DNA of 64,000 nt, taken from assembly GCA_044342325.1 (NCBI GenBank), contig JBIIPZ010000009.1, positions 1-64,000 of the forward strand, read 5' to 3'. The DNA comes from Terrimicrobiaceae bacterium (GTDB taxonomy: Bacteria; Verrucomicrobiota; Verrucomicrobiia; Chthoniobacterales; Terrimicrobiaceae). Position 1 is the first letter of the stretch. Each line of letters opens with the position of its first letter. A model generated the notes under the pieces. It was not told where the DNA came from and made no database searches. It saw nothing but the letters and a program-made list of their open reading frames with translations. Positions 1 through 9,475 of the stretch are shown here, piece after piece. A program made the position numbers and the translations under genes.

Positions 1-1
1 C

Positions 2-415
2 TGAGGTGATCACCCCAGCGAGTTGGCCATTCTCCTCCGAGAGGTTAATGCCGGGATGCCCCTCGGCCAGCAGGCGGATTCGGTCAAAAATATGCGTCGA
101 CCGCGCGTAGAGGTCGTCGTGCCTCTTATAACATGTCTCGTTCCAACCATGCTCAGGAACCCAGCGGCCATCCGGAGTTCGGTGAAAAATTTCCCTCTCG
201 TTCGTAAGCAGGAAATCCGGCTGCACGGGCGGCTGGAATTTTTCCACGCCCTCGATGGCGTGCCAGAGACTGCGCCCGGTATTCACCGCCCACAGACCGC
301 CGGATTTTTTATGCTCCAAGAGCACGGCGGCGAAGTCCGGCGCGCACCGTCCATCAGAGAAGTGGCTGATCAGCGTTCCATCAAAATCCGTGCTCAAAAG
401 CCTAAAGTGCGACAT
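2..415 (-). CDS. HAD-superfamily hydrolase (Cof/sucrose-phosphatase-like, subfamily IIB), N-terminal part; runs off the window edge
   Basis: Not in the ORF track. Manual translation from ATG at 415 gives MSHFRLLSTDFDGTLISHF...WAVNTGRSL...PDFLLTNEREIF, open to the edge, with HAD motif I (DxDGT) and motif II (TGR). Confidence 0.85.
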   Translation of the reverse strand, partial: MSHFRLLSTDFDGTLISHFSDGRCAPDFAAVLLEHKKSGGLWAVNTGRSLWHAIEGVEKFQPPVQPDFLLTNEREIFHRTPDGRWVPEHGWNETCYKRHDDLYARSTHIFDRIRLLAEGHPGINLSEENGQLAGVITS

Positions 416-478
416 GACCTTCCACTAAACACTCCACCGACCTCGGCCGCAATTTTTCTGTGTGCCGAATGTGGGATT

Positions 479-487
479 TGTTACAAT
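479..487 (+). promoter_or_regulatory. Putative extended -10 promoter (TGnTACAAT), likely leaderless transcript
   Basis: TGTTACAAT ends at 487 and the ATG is at 494; no Shine-Dalgarno in between. Confidence 0.45.
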
Positions 488-493
488 GCGACC

Positions 494-766
494 ATGAAGT
501 CCGCATACGAACTCGCCATGAGCCGCCTCGAAAAAACCTCCCCCGCCGTCCAGCTCACGCTCGACCAAAAGCAGCAAATCGCCGAGGTCGACAGCTCGAT
601 CAACGCCAAGATTGCTGAGAAAAAAATCTTCCTCGAAGATCAAATTACCAAAGCCCCCTATCAGGAACGCGAGGCCCTCGAGCGCCAACTCGTTTCGGAA
701 CTCGCCCGCCTCGAGGAAAAGCGCGAACGCGACAAAGAAAAAATCCGGAACCCTGCGGCAGCTTGA
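494..766 (+). CDS. Small conserved hypothetical coiled-coil protein (90 aa)
   Basis: MKSAYELAMSRLEK... start; charged and helical. The upstream part of track ORF 23..766 is antisense to the HAD gene, so the start was moved to ATG 494. Confidence 0.75.
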   Translation: MKSAYELAMSRLEKTSPAVQLTLDQKQQIAEVDSSINAKIAEKKIFLEDQITKAPYQEREALERQLVSELARLEEKRERDKEKIRNPAAA

Positions 767-865
767 GCAGCCCAAAAATAAATATTGACCTTTCTGTCGT
801 TTTTTTTACAACTACCCCTCAGCACTGTTCGTGAAAACCTGCGGTGCTGATCAAAACAACACACT

Positions 866-1405
866 ATGAAAAAACTAACACTCGCACTCCTCACAGTTGC
901 TGTCTCAGTCACAGGCGCCTTCGCAGGCACCTCGGCCAAGACCTTCAAACAAACAGTAGCTCCAGCCGCAGAATGCAAATTCCGCGATCAGGAACTCCAA
1001 GTCGACGCATTTGCCGCCGGCGCTTTCTACAACCAAGGCCGTCCAGGCTGGGGTGGTGGACTCGGAGTTAACTACTTCTTCACCAAATTCATCGGTATCG
1101 GTGTCGAACAAGACATCCTCGGCCGTGAAAAAGTTGGTGGTGGTTCCAACGCTGAATGGGCTACCTCTGGTAACCTCTTTCTCCGTTACCCAATCTGCTC
1201 GCTGAACCTCGCTCCTTACGCCCTCGCTGGCGGTGGTGCTGCTTACGGCACCGGCAAAGGACATGGCTTCGGCAATGTCGGTGGTGGTCTTGAATACCGC
1301 GTTACCGACAACATCGGCCTCTTCTCCGATGCCCGTTGGGTTTACTCCGCCGAAGAGCCAAAGAGCGCCGTTCTCGGCCGCGCTGGTCTTCGCTTCGCGT
1401 TCTAA
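866..1405 (+). CDS. Outer-membrane beta-barrel protein (8-stranded, OmpA-transmembrane-like)
   Basis: Signal peptide MKKLTLALLTVAVSVTGAFA; amphipathic strands (GGGLGVNYFF, PYALAGGG, GGGLEYR); C-terminal LRFAF. Confidence 0.85.
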   Translation: MKKLTLALLTVAVSVTGAFAGTSAKTFKQTVAPAAECKFRDQELQVDAFAAGAFYNQGRPGWGGGLGVNYFFTKFIGIGVEQDILGREKVGGGSNAEWATSGNLFLRYPICSLNLAPYALAGGGAAYGTGKGHGFGNVGGGLEYRVTDNIGLFSDARWVYSAEEPKSAVLGRAGLRFAF

Positions 1406-1430
1406 TCCAACTCGTAGCTTAACTTAAACC

Positions 1431-1465
1431 AAGAAGCCGACTCGCAAGAGTCGGCTTCTTTTTTT
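1431..1465 (+). terminator. Rho-independent terminator
   Basis: AAGAAGCCGACTC-GCAA-GAGTCGGCTTCTT perfect stem with a GNRA loop, followed by a T-run, about 25 nt after the OMP stop. Confidence 0.9.
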
Positions 1466-1576
1466 GTTCAAAAATGGGCGTCCGCTGCATGGGGTGAACA
1501 CCCCGCTTGACCCATGAATCATCAAACATCGTCCATCCCATTCCACCACCTTGAAAGCCTCTCCTCGCTCTTCTTG

Positions 1577-1612
1577 GGCAAACTTTTTAGACGATCGTCC
1601 AAAAAGTTTGCC
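1577..1612. repeat. 36-bp near-perfect palindrome, core GACGATCGTC
   Basis: GGCAAACTTTTTAGACGATCGTCCAAAAAGTTTGCC, one mismatched pair. Confidence 0.85.
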
Positions 1613-1688
1613 TTCAAGCGTCGCAGATTTTTATAAAAATTCCGTCTAAATTTTACACAGATTACTTAATTGTATAAATTTGTATAAG

Positions 1689-1722
1689 ACCAAAAATTTG
1701 GACGATCGTCCAAATTTTTGGT
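1689..1722. repeat. 34-bp perfect palindrome, core GACGATCGTC
   Basis: ACCAAAAATTTGGACGATCGTCCAAATTTTTGGT equals its own reverse complement. Confidence 0.9.
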
Positions 1723-1818
1723 TCGCGCGAAAGAGAATGGATAGTATTTGCAGTTGAAGGGCGCCGAACCCGATGAGCGCTTCAACAGCTTTGGGTGGGA
1801 TTGGTTTTTTACACCGAA

Positions 1819-4800
1819 TCAAGCCCGCAGTCGGACAATCAGATCACCCGTATCCACCGCCTCGCCGGCTTGCGCCAGGATTTCATCGATCACGCCATCC
1901 GCTGGGGCATAGAGGGTTGTTTGCATTTTCATGGCCTCAAGGGTGAGAATCTTATCGCCTTTGGCGACTTTTGCCCCGACGCCGACGGACAATGAACTTA
2001 CCATGCCTGGGATTGGTGCGCCGACCTCATTGGGTTTCGAGGAATCGGCCTTTGGTCTGGAAACGGATTTCGTCTGCAGCGAGCGATCGAGTGTGGTCGC
2101 CTCGCGGGGCGTGCCGTTGAACTCGAAGGAAACAACGCGCCTTCCGTCCTTTGCCGGTGCGCCGACATTGATCAACTTGACGAACAAGGTTTTGCCCTGC
2201 TCGATATCGACCGCAATTTCCTCGCCCGGCTTCAGTCCATAGAAAAACGCGGGCGTCGGCAGTTTGCTCACATCGCCATACTCGCGCTCGAATTTCGAAA
2301 AGTCTGCAAAGACATCAGGATACATGAGATGGCTATAAAGGTCGTCGTCGCTCGCCTCGCGTTTGAGCTTGGCGGTGAGTTCAGTGCGGACTTCTGCCAG
2401 GTCGACTTTCGGCGCACGGGCCTTGGCAGGTTTGACTTTTCCAAGAACGACTTCCACGAGTTTCTTCGGCCATCCGCCCATTGGTTCGCCAAGTCCCCCG
2501 GCGAGCATGTCTTTCACCGACTCGGGAAATGCCGTGCCGGGTTCGAGGTTCAGAACATCGGCCGGACGGATGCCACGGGTGAATAGGAAGAGCGCCATGT
2601 CGCCGACGACCTTGCTGGAAGGCGTCACTTTCACGATGTCGCCGAAGAGTTCGTTGACCTCGGCATAGCAGCGGGCGATCTCCGGCCAGCGGTTGGAGAG
2701 GCCCATGCTGGCGGCCTGCTCCTTGAGATTGGTGAATTGTCCGCCGGGCATCTCGTGGAGATAAACCTCTGCGCTTCCTGTTCTTGGCGATGTATCGAAG
2801 GGCGCGTAAAAGGTGCGGACTTGCTCCCAGTAATCGGCGAATTCGTTCAAGGCATCCAAATCAAGACCCGGATCGCGCGGCGTGTGACGCAAGGCGGCGA
2901 CGAGGCTGTTGAGGTTCGGTTGCGAGGTCGAGCCGGACATCGAGGAGATGGCGGCATCCACCACATCGACGCCCGCCTCGGCGGCCATGAGGATCGACGC
3001 CGCATTCACGCCGCTGGTGTCGTGAGTATGAAAATGCACCGGCATTCCGACTTCTTCGCGGAGGGCTTTGATGAGCGTCCGCGCCGCAAAGGGACGGCAG
3101 AGCCCGGCCATATCCTTCACCGCGAGCATGTGCGCTCCCATTTTTTCCAGCTCCTTGGCAAGGCCGATGTAGTATTTGAGCGAATACTTCGTGCGGGCCG
3201 GATCGAGGATGTCGCCCGTGTAGCAGAGCGTGCCTTCACAAATGCCCTTGGTTTTGCGCACCGCTTCCATCGCGGCTTTCATATTCGGCAGGTCGTTCAG
3301 CGAATCGAAAATGCGGAAGATATCCATGCCGCACTCGGCGGCGTGTTGGATGAAGCCGGCGACGACATTTGGCGGGTAGTTCGAATAGCCAACGGCATTC
3401 GATCCGCGCAGGAGCATCTGGAAGCAGATATTAGGAATCCGCTCGCGCAGGTCGCGCAGACGGTCCCACGGATCTTCATGCAGGAAGCGCATCGAGGCGT
3501 CGAAGGTCGCGCCGCCCCACATTTCCACGCTGAAAAGCTCCGAGGCCCGGCGCGCGACGGAATCCGCCACGGCCGCCATGTCGTAGGTGCGAACGCGCGT
3601 GGCGAGGAGCGATTGATGCGCGTCCCGGAAGGTCGTGTCCGTAAAAAGCAGGCGCTTCTGGCGGCGCGTCCACTCGGCGAATTTCTCGGGTCCAAGCTTG
3701 AGCAAAAGCTGGCGCGTGCCCTCGGGCGGCACCCGTTTGCCGTCATAGGATGGTCGTCGTGCTGCCTCCAAGGGAGCGGAAATCTGGTGCCCCTTGGCCT
3801 GGGGATTTCCATTCACGATCACATCCGCGAGGAAGGAAAGCAGGCGCGAGGCGCGGTCGCGGCGGGGTTTGAAATCGAAGAGCGACGGCGTGGTGTCGAT
3901 GAGCGTCGTCGTGGCCGCGCCGGACTGGAATGCCTCGTTCTGAATGACATTTTCCAGAAACGGGATGTTCGTCTTCACCCCGCGAATGCGGAATTCGCGC
4001 AGCGCGCGGAGCATGCGCTGGAGAGCCATCGGGAATGTCTGCCCGGAGGTCGTGATTTTTGTGAGGAGCGAGTCGTAGAACGGCGTGATGACGCTGCCCG
4101 TCGTGCCCATGCCGGAGTCGAGGCGAACCCCGAATCCCGCCGCGCTGCGGTAGGTGATGATCTTGCCGTAATTCGGCATGAATTTGTTCGCCGGATCCTC
4201 GGTGGTCACGCGGCATTGGACGGCATAGCCATTGCAGGGAATGTCCGGCTGCAGCGGCAGCGCCAACTCGGGGCCGTGCAGCGAAGCTCCAGCCGCGACG
4301 AGAATCTGGGAGCGCACAAGATCGATGCCGGTGACCTGCTCGGTCACCGTGTGCTCGACCTGGATGCGCGGGTTCATCTCGATGAAGAACCACTCTTTTT
4401 TATCCACATCGTAGAGAAACTCGATCGTGCCGGCATTGTTGTAGCCGACGCCCTGCGCCAAGCGCACAGCGGCATCGCAGAGGTCGCGCCGCACGCCCTC
4501 GTCGAGAGCCACGGAGGGCGCGATCTCGATAACTTTCTGGTGGCGTCGCTGCACCGAGCAGTCGCGCTCGTGCAGATGCAGCACATTTCCGTGGCGGTCG
4601 CCCAAGATCTGCACCTCGATATGCTTTGCCCGGGGAATGTATTTTTCAAGGAAGACGGCGGAATTTCCAAACGCGCGCCCGGCCTCGCCCTGCGCCTCAT
4701 CCAGCAGGTCGGCCAAATCCTCTCCACGCGTCACCACCCGCATGCCACGCCCGCCACCGCCGAAGGCCGCTTTGATGATCAGCGGAAACCCAATCCCCTT

Positions 4801-5301
4801 TGCGATGCGCAGCGCCTCGCCGCGCTCGTTCACTGGATCCTCCGTGCCCGGCAGCGTCGGCACATTCAGCTTCTGCGCCAGTGCCCGTGCGGCGGTCTTG
4901 TCGCCCATCGTTTCGAGCAACTCCGAGTCCGGTCCCACAAAGGTGATTCCTGCCTCCACGCAGGCGCGAGCAAAAGCTGCGTTCTCCGATAAAAATCCAT
5001 AGCCCGGATGAATCATGTCCACCCCGTGCTCACGCGCCAGGCTGATGATTCCATCAATATCCAAATAAGCCCCCACCGGTCCCTTGCCTTCCCCCACCAC
5101 ATAGGCCTCGTCTGCTTTGAAGCGGTGCATCGTGTGACGATCCTCCTGCGCGTAGATGGCCACCGTGCGCATGCCCAGCTCGGTCGCAGCACGGAAAACT
5201 CGGATCGCGATTTCGCTGCGGTTCGCCGCAAGGAGTTTCTTGCCAGCGACCGGCACGGCTTGGGTGGAAGGAGAGGAAGACTGCGAGGAGGAGGATTTCA
5301 T
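1819..5301 (-). CDS. pyc: Pyruvate carboxylase
   Basis: Biotin carboxylase motifs (ANRSEIAIR, HPGYGFLSEN, ERDCSVQRRHQK), carboxyltransferase motifs (DTTFRDAHQS, KDMAG, HFHTHDT) and biotinyl EAMKM. Start set to ATG 5301 (1160 aa). Confidence 0.97.
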   Translation of the reverse strand: MKSSSSQSSSPSTQAVPVAGKKLLAANRSEIAIRVFRAATELGMRTVAIYAQEDRHTMHRFKADEAYVVGEGKGPVGAYLDIDGIISLAREHGVDMIHPGYGFLSENAAFARACVEAGITFVGPDSELLETMGDKTAARALAQKLNVPTLPGTEDPVNERGEALRIAKGIGFPLIIKAAFGGGGRGMRVVTRGEDLADLLDEAQGEAGRAFGNSAVFLEKYIPRAKHIEVQILGDRHGNVLHLHERDCSVQRRHQKVIEIAPSVALDEGVRRDLCDAAVRLAQGVGYNNAGTIEFLYDVDKKEWFFIEMNPRIQVEHTVTEQVTGIDLVRSQILVAAGASLHGPELALPLQPDIPCNGYAVQCRVTTEDPANKFMPNYGKIITYRSAAGFGVRLDSGMGTTGSVITPFYDSLLTKITTSGQTFPMALQRMLRALREFRIRGVKTNIPFLENVIQNEAFQSGAATTTLIDTTPSLFDFKPRRDRASRLLSFLADVIVNGNPQAKGHQISAPLEAARRPSYDGKRVPPEGTRQLLLKLGPEKFAEWTRRQKRLLFTDTTFRDAHQSLLATRVRTYDMAAVADSVARRASELFSVEMWGGATFDASMRFLHEDPWDRLRDLRERIPNICFQMLLRGSNAVGYSNYPPNVVAGFIQHAAECGMDIFRIFDSLNDLPNMKAAMEAVRKTKGICEGTLCYTGDILDPARTKYSLKYYIGLAKELEKMGAHMLAVKDMAGLCRPFAARTLIKALREEVGMPVHFHTHDTSGVNAASILMAAEAGVDVVDAAISSMSGSTSQPNLNSLVAALRHTPRDPGLDLDALNEFADYWEQVRTFYAPFDTSPRTGSAEVYLHEMPGGQFTNLKEQAASMGLSNRWPEIARCYAEVNELFGDIVKVTPSSKVVGDMALFLFTRGIRPADVLNLEPGTAFPESVKDMLAGGLGEPMGGWPKKLVEVVLGKVKPAKARAPKVDLAEVRTELTAKLKREASDDDLYSHLMYPDVFADFSKFEREYGDVSKLPTPAFFYGLKPGEEIAVDIEQGKTLFVKLINVGAPAKDGRRVVSFEFNGTPREATTLDRSLQTKSVSRPKADSSKPNEVGAPIPGMVSSLSVGVGAKVAKGDKILTLEAMKMQTTLYAPADGVIDEILAQAGEAVDTGDLIVRLRA

Positions 5302-5414
5302 GAGATGAAGATCGGGACTGGACTTATAAAACCAGCACGAGCCATTGGCAATCTTTCGAAAACCCACATTTCGAAAACCCACGCCGCAGCCCGCAAAACG
5401 AACGACGCCGCCGA

Positions 5415-5445
5415 TTGACATCAGCCATGTGATAACTAATGTTAT
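5415..5445 (+). promoter_or_regulatory. TA-operon promoter with overlapping inverted-repeat operator
   Basis: TTGACA (5415-5420), 16 nt spacer, TAATGT (5437-5442). ATAAC-N4-GTTAT (5432-5445) overlaps the -10. ATG at 5449. Confidence 0.6.
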
Positions 5446-5448
5446 TCC

Positions 5449-5679
5449 ATGATAGCACAATCCAAAGTTCGCAAAATCGGCAATTCCCTCGGCGTCGTCC
5501 TACCCAAAGAAGCCCTTCAACAACTCAAAGCCGAGGAAGGCACGATTCTCTATTTTACGGAATCCCCCGAATGCTCCCTCCGCGTCACACCCGAGCGCCC
5601 AGGCTTTCAACAATTCATGCAAGTCGCCGAAAAGGGCATGCAGAGATATCGCAACGCACTTCGTGAACTCGCCAAATGA
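5449..5679 (+). CDS. AbrB/MazE/SpoVT-family antitoxin
   Basis: KVRKIGNSLGVVLPKE swapped-hairpin motif; C-terminal YRNALRELAK; ATGA overlap with the toxin gene. Confidence 0.92.
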   Translation: MIAQSKVRKIGNSLGVVLPKEALQQLKAEEGTILYFTESPECSLRVTPERPGFQQFMQVAEKGMQRYRNALRELAK

Positions 5680-6065
5680 AAGAGCCTAACTGGGTCACGA
5701 AGGACATCCTCCTTGCGGTGCATGCCGAACTGCTCAACCGCTTCGGAGGTTTGTCAGGCATCAGAGACGAAGGCTTGCTCGATTCCGCGCTGAACAGACC
5801 CAAGCATCTCTTCTCATACGGCAGCCCGACTCTGTTTCAGATGGCCGCCTCCTATTCGCATGGGATCGTCAAAAACCACCCTTTCTTGGACGGAAACAAA
5901 CGCACCGGGTTCATGTCAGCCTACATCTTCCTTGGAGTTAATGGATGGTCTCTCGAAGCCCCCGAAGAAGAAGCCGTCCTCGAAACCCTCGCCCTCGCAG
6001 CCGGCGAAACTTCGGAAGAAGCCTACGCAGTTTGGCTGGAACGCCATTCCGTGCCGGCAAATTGA
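5676..6065 (+). CDS. doc: Death-on-curing (Doc/Fic family) type II toxin
   Basis: GIRDEGLLDSAL and the Fic/Doc motif HPFLDGNKRT; 129 aa. Confidence 0.93.
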   Translation: MKEPNWVTKDILLAVHAELLNRFGGLSGIRDEGLLDSALNRPKHLFSYGSPTLFQMAASYSHGIVKNHPFLDGNKRTGFMSAYIFLGVNGWSLEAPEEEAVLETLALAAGETSEEAYAVWLERHSVPAN

Positions 6066-6325
6066 CGCTTCCTCCAAGGTCAGAAAAAGAAGCGGACCCG
6101 CCCTTGATTCGTCCGCAAGCACACCGCTTATCTACCTAAAAAAATTAAACAGGCTCTGGTAAATTGACTGTGGACTGAAAGTTAGCCAAAGATTGCTCGA
6201 AGGGCGATCGAAGCGAGACAAACCGATAACAGTCTAAGTATTCCTTGCTTTTACGCCAAGCAGTAGTGTGCATGATTATTCCCATCCCAAAATCGAATAA
6301 ACCATCCCGCTCAACTCGTCTTGCC

Positions 6326-7576
6326 ATGAACGATTATACCTCCGCCCTCGATCAATACGCCGCCCTCGGCGTGGATACCGAAGCCGCTCTTGCAACCCTA
6401 GCCTCAACGCCGATCTCGCTGCATTGCTGGCAGGGTGATGACGTTGGCGGTTTTGAAAAAGACGGATCGAAACTTGAGGGAGGGGGCATTCAAGCCACTG
6501 GCAATTACCCAGGCAAGGCCCGCACGATCGATGAACTCCGCTCCGACCTCGACAAGGCGCTTTCGCTCATTCCCGGCAAGCACCGACTGAATGTCCACGC
6601 CTGCTACGCCGACCTCTCTGCCGGACGCGTGGACCGCGACGCCTACTCGATAGCACAATTCCAAAGCTGGGTGGATTGGTGCAAGACAAGAGGGCTCGGG
6701 ATCGATTTCAATCCCAGCTATTTCTCGCATCCGCTCGCGGCCGATGGCCTCACGCTCGCGCATCCCGACAAGGCGATCCGTGAATTCTGGATCAATCACG
6801 GTATCGTCTGCCGCAAGATTGGCGAAGAAATTGCTAAGCAGCTCGGCTCGCCAGTGGTGACCAATGTCTGGATTCCGGATGGATCGAAGGACATGCCATA
6901 TGACCGCAAGACGCCCCGCGAACGCCTTGCCGCCTCGCTCGACGAGATTTTTGCCGCGCCGGTTGACCGCAAACTCAACCTCGACGCCGTGGAGAGCAAA
7001 CTCTTTGGTATCGGCTCGGAGAGTTATGTCGTGGGCTCTCACGAGTTCTACCTCGGCTACGCTGTGAAAAACCAACTCCTCTATTGCTTGGACGCCGGGC
7101 ATTTCCATCCGACCGAAAACCTCGCGGATAAAATCTCGTCCGTCCTGCAATTCGTTCCCGAAATTCTACTCCATGTGAGTCGCGGCGTCCGCTGGGACAG
7201 TGACCATGTGGTGCTGATGGACGATCCCACGCGCGCCATCATGGAGGAAGTTGTGCGAGGTGGCTTCCTTGGACGCACGCACATCGGCTTGGATTTTTTC
7301 GATGCCAGCATCAACCGCATTGCGGCCTGGGTCATCGGCACCCGCTCGACCATCAAGGCCCTCCTTGCTGCGTTGCTGGAGCCTGCGGCGCTCCTTCGCG
7401 ACGCCGAGGCGGACGGCGATTTCACAACCCGCCTTGCTCTCATAGAGGAGGCTAAGACGCTTCCGCTCGGTGCTGTGTGGCAGGAATACTGCCGTCGCCA
7501 GAATGTTCCCGGAGATTCCTCGTGGATCGCCGAGGTTAAAAATTACGAATCCTCTGTCCTCTCAAAGCGAAACTAA
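6326..7576 (+). CDS. rhaA: L-rhamnose isomerase
   Basis: [71 protein letters not shown]. Start at ATG 6326. Confidence 0.97.
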   Translation: MNDYTSALDQYAALGVDTEAALATLASTPISLHCWQGDDVGGFEKDGSKLEGGGIQATGNYPGKARTIDELRSDLDKALSLIPGKHRLNVHACYADLSAGRVDRDAYSIAQFQSWVDWCKTRGLGIDFNPSYFSHPLAADGLTLAHPDKAIREFWINHGIVCRKIGEEIAKQLGSPVVTNVWIPDGSKDMPYDRKTPRERLAASLDEIFAAPVDRKLNLDAVESKLFGIGSESYVVGSHEFYLGYAVKNQLLYCLDAGHFHPTENLADKISSVLQFVPEILLHVSRGVRWDSDHVVLMDDPTRAIMEEVVRGGFLGRTHIGLDFFDASINRIAAWVIGTRSTIKALLAALLEPAALLRDAEADGDFTTRLALIEEAKTLPLGAVWQEYCRRQNVPGDSSWIAEVKNYESSVLSKRN

Positions 7577-7600
7577 AGTGCACCCCGCCCCCAACACCCC

Positions 7601-7861
7601 ATGAACCTTGCACTCGGCGTCTTCTTCCACTGGCTCGGCGGCCTCGCATCCGCCAGTTTCTACATTTCCTATCGCGGCGTGAAACGATGGTCCTGGGAGA
7701 CCTATTGGATCGTTGGTGGCGTATTCAGCTAGTTCATAGCACCTTCTCTGGCAAAACCTTCCCGTTTTTGTCGTCGTCCTTTGGAGCGGCTTTACCACGA
7801 ATTTCATCTGGTGCGTCATCCTGAATATCCGCAACCGGTCTAGCCACGAATACCTCAACAC
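7601..7861 (+). pseudogene. rhaT: L-rhamnose/H+ symporter RhaT, disrupted
   Basis: MNLALGVFFHWLGGLASASFYISYRGVKRWSWETYWIVGGVFS then TAG at 7730-7732 where Trp is expected. In another frame, LWQNLPVFVVVLWSGFTTNFIWCVILNIRNR resembles a later RhaT segment, implying an internal deletion. It then fuses to IS3 sequence. Confidence 0.85.
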
Positions 7862-8506
7862 CGCTTTGGGCTGCATCCGGTGCAGAAGAGGCGATTTCGC
7901 CCACGCACCACGCAAAACGATCCGAGTTGGCCTGTGGCGAAGAACGAGTTGGCTAAAGTGCCCGCGCCCGATCAGCCCAATCAAATCTGGGTCGCAGACA
8001 TCACCTACATCGAAACGCAGGAAGGCCGGCTCTATCTGGCCGGAATCCTGGATTTGTATTCACGCAAAGTGGCGGGGTGGAACACGTCTGATTCACTGGC
8101 TACAGAACTTGTGACCAATGCCTGGAAGAAAGCGTGGAAAAAACACCGCCCCCATCCCGGGCTGTTGCATCACTCGGATCGAGGATGCCAGTATGCCAGC
8201 AAGGAGTTCAGAAGCCTGCTGAGCGCGCACCAAGCAGGGGCTTCAATGAGCCGCAAAGGCAACTGCTACGACAACGCGGTGATGGAAAGCTTTTGGGCCA
8301 CGCTGAAAACCGAATGCTTCGGCTCAAGAATCCCGGAAACCAGAGAATAGGCGCAACTGATGATTTTCGAATACATCGAAGGCTTTTACAACCGATGGCG
8401 TTTGCACTCGGCCCTCGGCTATAAATCCCCGCTGGACTACGAATCCCCCCAGAGACATAAACCCGAATAACAAAAAGCCCCTCCACGCTTTTTCGAGGAA
8501 AGATCA
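7862..8506 (+). mobile_element. IS3-family insertion sequence remnant (3' part of OrfB DDE transposase plus right IR)
   Basis: WVADITYI, DLYSRKVAGW, HHSDRGCQY, GNCYDNAVMESF. Premature TAG at 8348-8350, then in-frame [21 protein letters not shown] to TAA 8470. Right end reads 5'-TGATCTTTCCTCGAAAAAGCGTGGAG on the minus strand (8481-8506), IS3-like. No OrfA or left IR seen. Confidence 0.9.
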
Positions 8507-8668
8507 ATATGCGCCCAAGGCGCGCCATTTCCGAAAATTATTTCTGCTTGCCATCCTCCACCGTGCGAACTTATTGTCTGCCACCTTAGTTTGTCCGCAA
8601 GCACACCCGTGTTCGTTTGATAAAATCAACGGCTTTGGTAAACAAACCGACGGCCACCTGAATTCCAC

Positions 8669-8706
8669 GCGTCCCTAGCTCAATGGTAGAGCAGTTGACT
8701 CTTAAT
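8669..8706 (+). tRNA. tRNA-Lys(CTT) 5' half only (pseudo-tRNA / possible att scar)
   Basis: GCGTCCC-TA-GCTC-AATGGTA-GAGC-A-GTTGA-CTCTTAA-T gives the 5' acceptor strand, D-arm, 5' anticodon stem and loop. No T-arm or 3' acceptor strand follows. Confidence 0.8.
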
Positions 8707-9317
8707 TGAAAATATCGTTTTTGCGTCGTTTTTCAAACTGTTTCAAATCGGATTTATTGTAATGTTTAATATGGAATTACAACTTTCATGCTTTTGCAAT
8801 TCCTTGCGCGCTTTTACTAAATTTTCCTCTGAGAGTGTATAATAGGCATGTAGAATGGTCTTCGTCACCAAAAGGAGTTTTATTGTTGTCGGCCCTAAAA
8901 AAAACCTCGCGCTCAGAGGGGTGGGCGAGAAAGTTCAACATTCTCGCACCCGTTTTTGAATGGCTGGAAACAAGCGCAAAAAGAACCCGCGTCATTGAGA
9001 GGCTCAAGGTTCGAGGCGCTTGAGGCCAGAAGCAGTTTGATTGCATCACTGATTGGGCCTTTGAGGAAGTTGCAGTGTCGGTTTCGTGTTCGTTGGGAAG
9101 GCGATGATCTTCTTTAATGTGGGATAAACAATCCAGATTCCGCTCACCCACTTTACTGAGTTTTTTCGTCTGATTCCTTGCAATTCTGGACTGTAATTCG
9201 GCCCGGCAGGAAAACTCGGCGGCCAATTATACTTATTTATGTATAAACAAGAATCCGAGCGCGTTTTGGATGTGATGTTGGGAGACCTTACCCTTACTCA
9301 CGGTAGTAGGCCCACAC

Positions 9318-9475
9318 GGCGGCGCAATTTTTCTTCTGTAAAAGTTAGCGGTTAATTTTGGGGCAGGTCAGCAGGGTTCATGTTGAGGTAGGATTTCCCG
9401 GTGAGCCACTCACCGTTGATTTAGCGGAGGTGAGACGGAGAAGGGAGGCTTCGTTTGGGAAGAAGACAATCCCCG
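9318..9475 (-). mobile_element. IS256-family (mutator) transposase C-terminal remnant with terminal IR
   Basis: FPNEASLLRLTSA, a frameshift, then INGEWLTGKSYLNMNP..., as in IS256 transposase C-termini. Followed by an IR-like TTTTACAGAAGAAAAATTGCGCCGCC. Confidence 0.75.

Noticed and set aside
23..493. N-terminal 157 aa of track ORF 23..766
   Set aside because: Overlaps the minus-strand HAD gene; the real start is ATG 494.
1577..1722. CRISPR array or terminator interpretation of the twin palindromes
   Set aside because: Only two non-identical units, loop-less, with no cas genes in the window. No CRISPR array was found anywhere in the window.
2737..4992. 751-aa + strand ORF, and similar long ORFs such as 24148..25659, 40734..41990 and 59787..61355
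   Set aside because: Antisense shadows of well-supported genes in GC-rich DNA; no motifs of their own.
8786..9226. 146-aa minus-strand ORF
   Set aside because: No motif, atypical composition, and located in scar DNA.
8707..9317. Group I intron or split tRNA explaining the tRNA half
   Set aside because: No downstream 3' exon (T-arm plus GGGACGC) and no recognisable intron core. GGTTCGAG at about 9008 lacks tRNA context.
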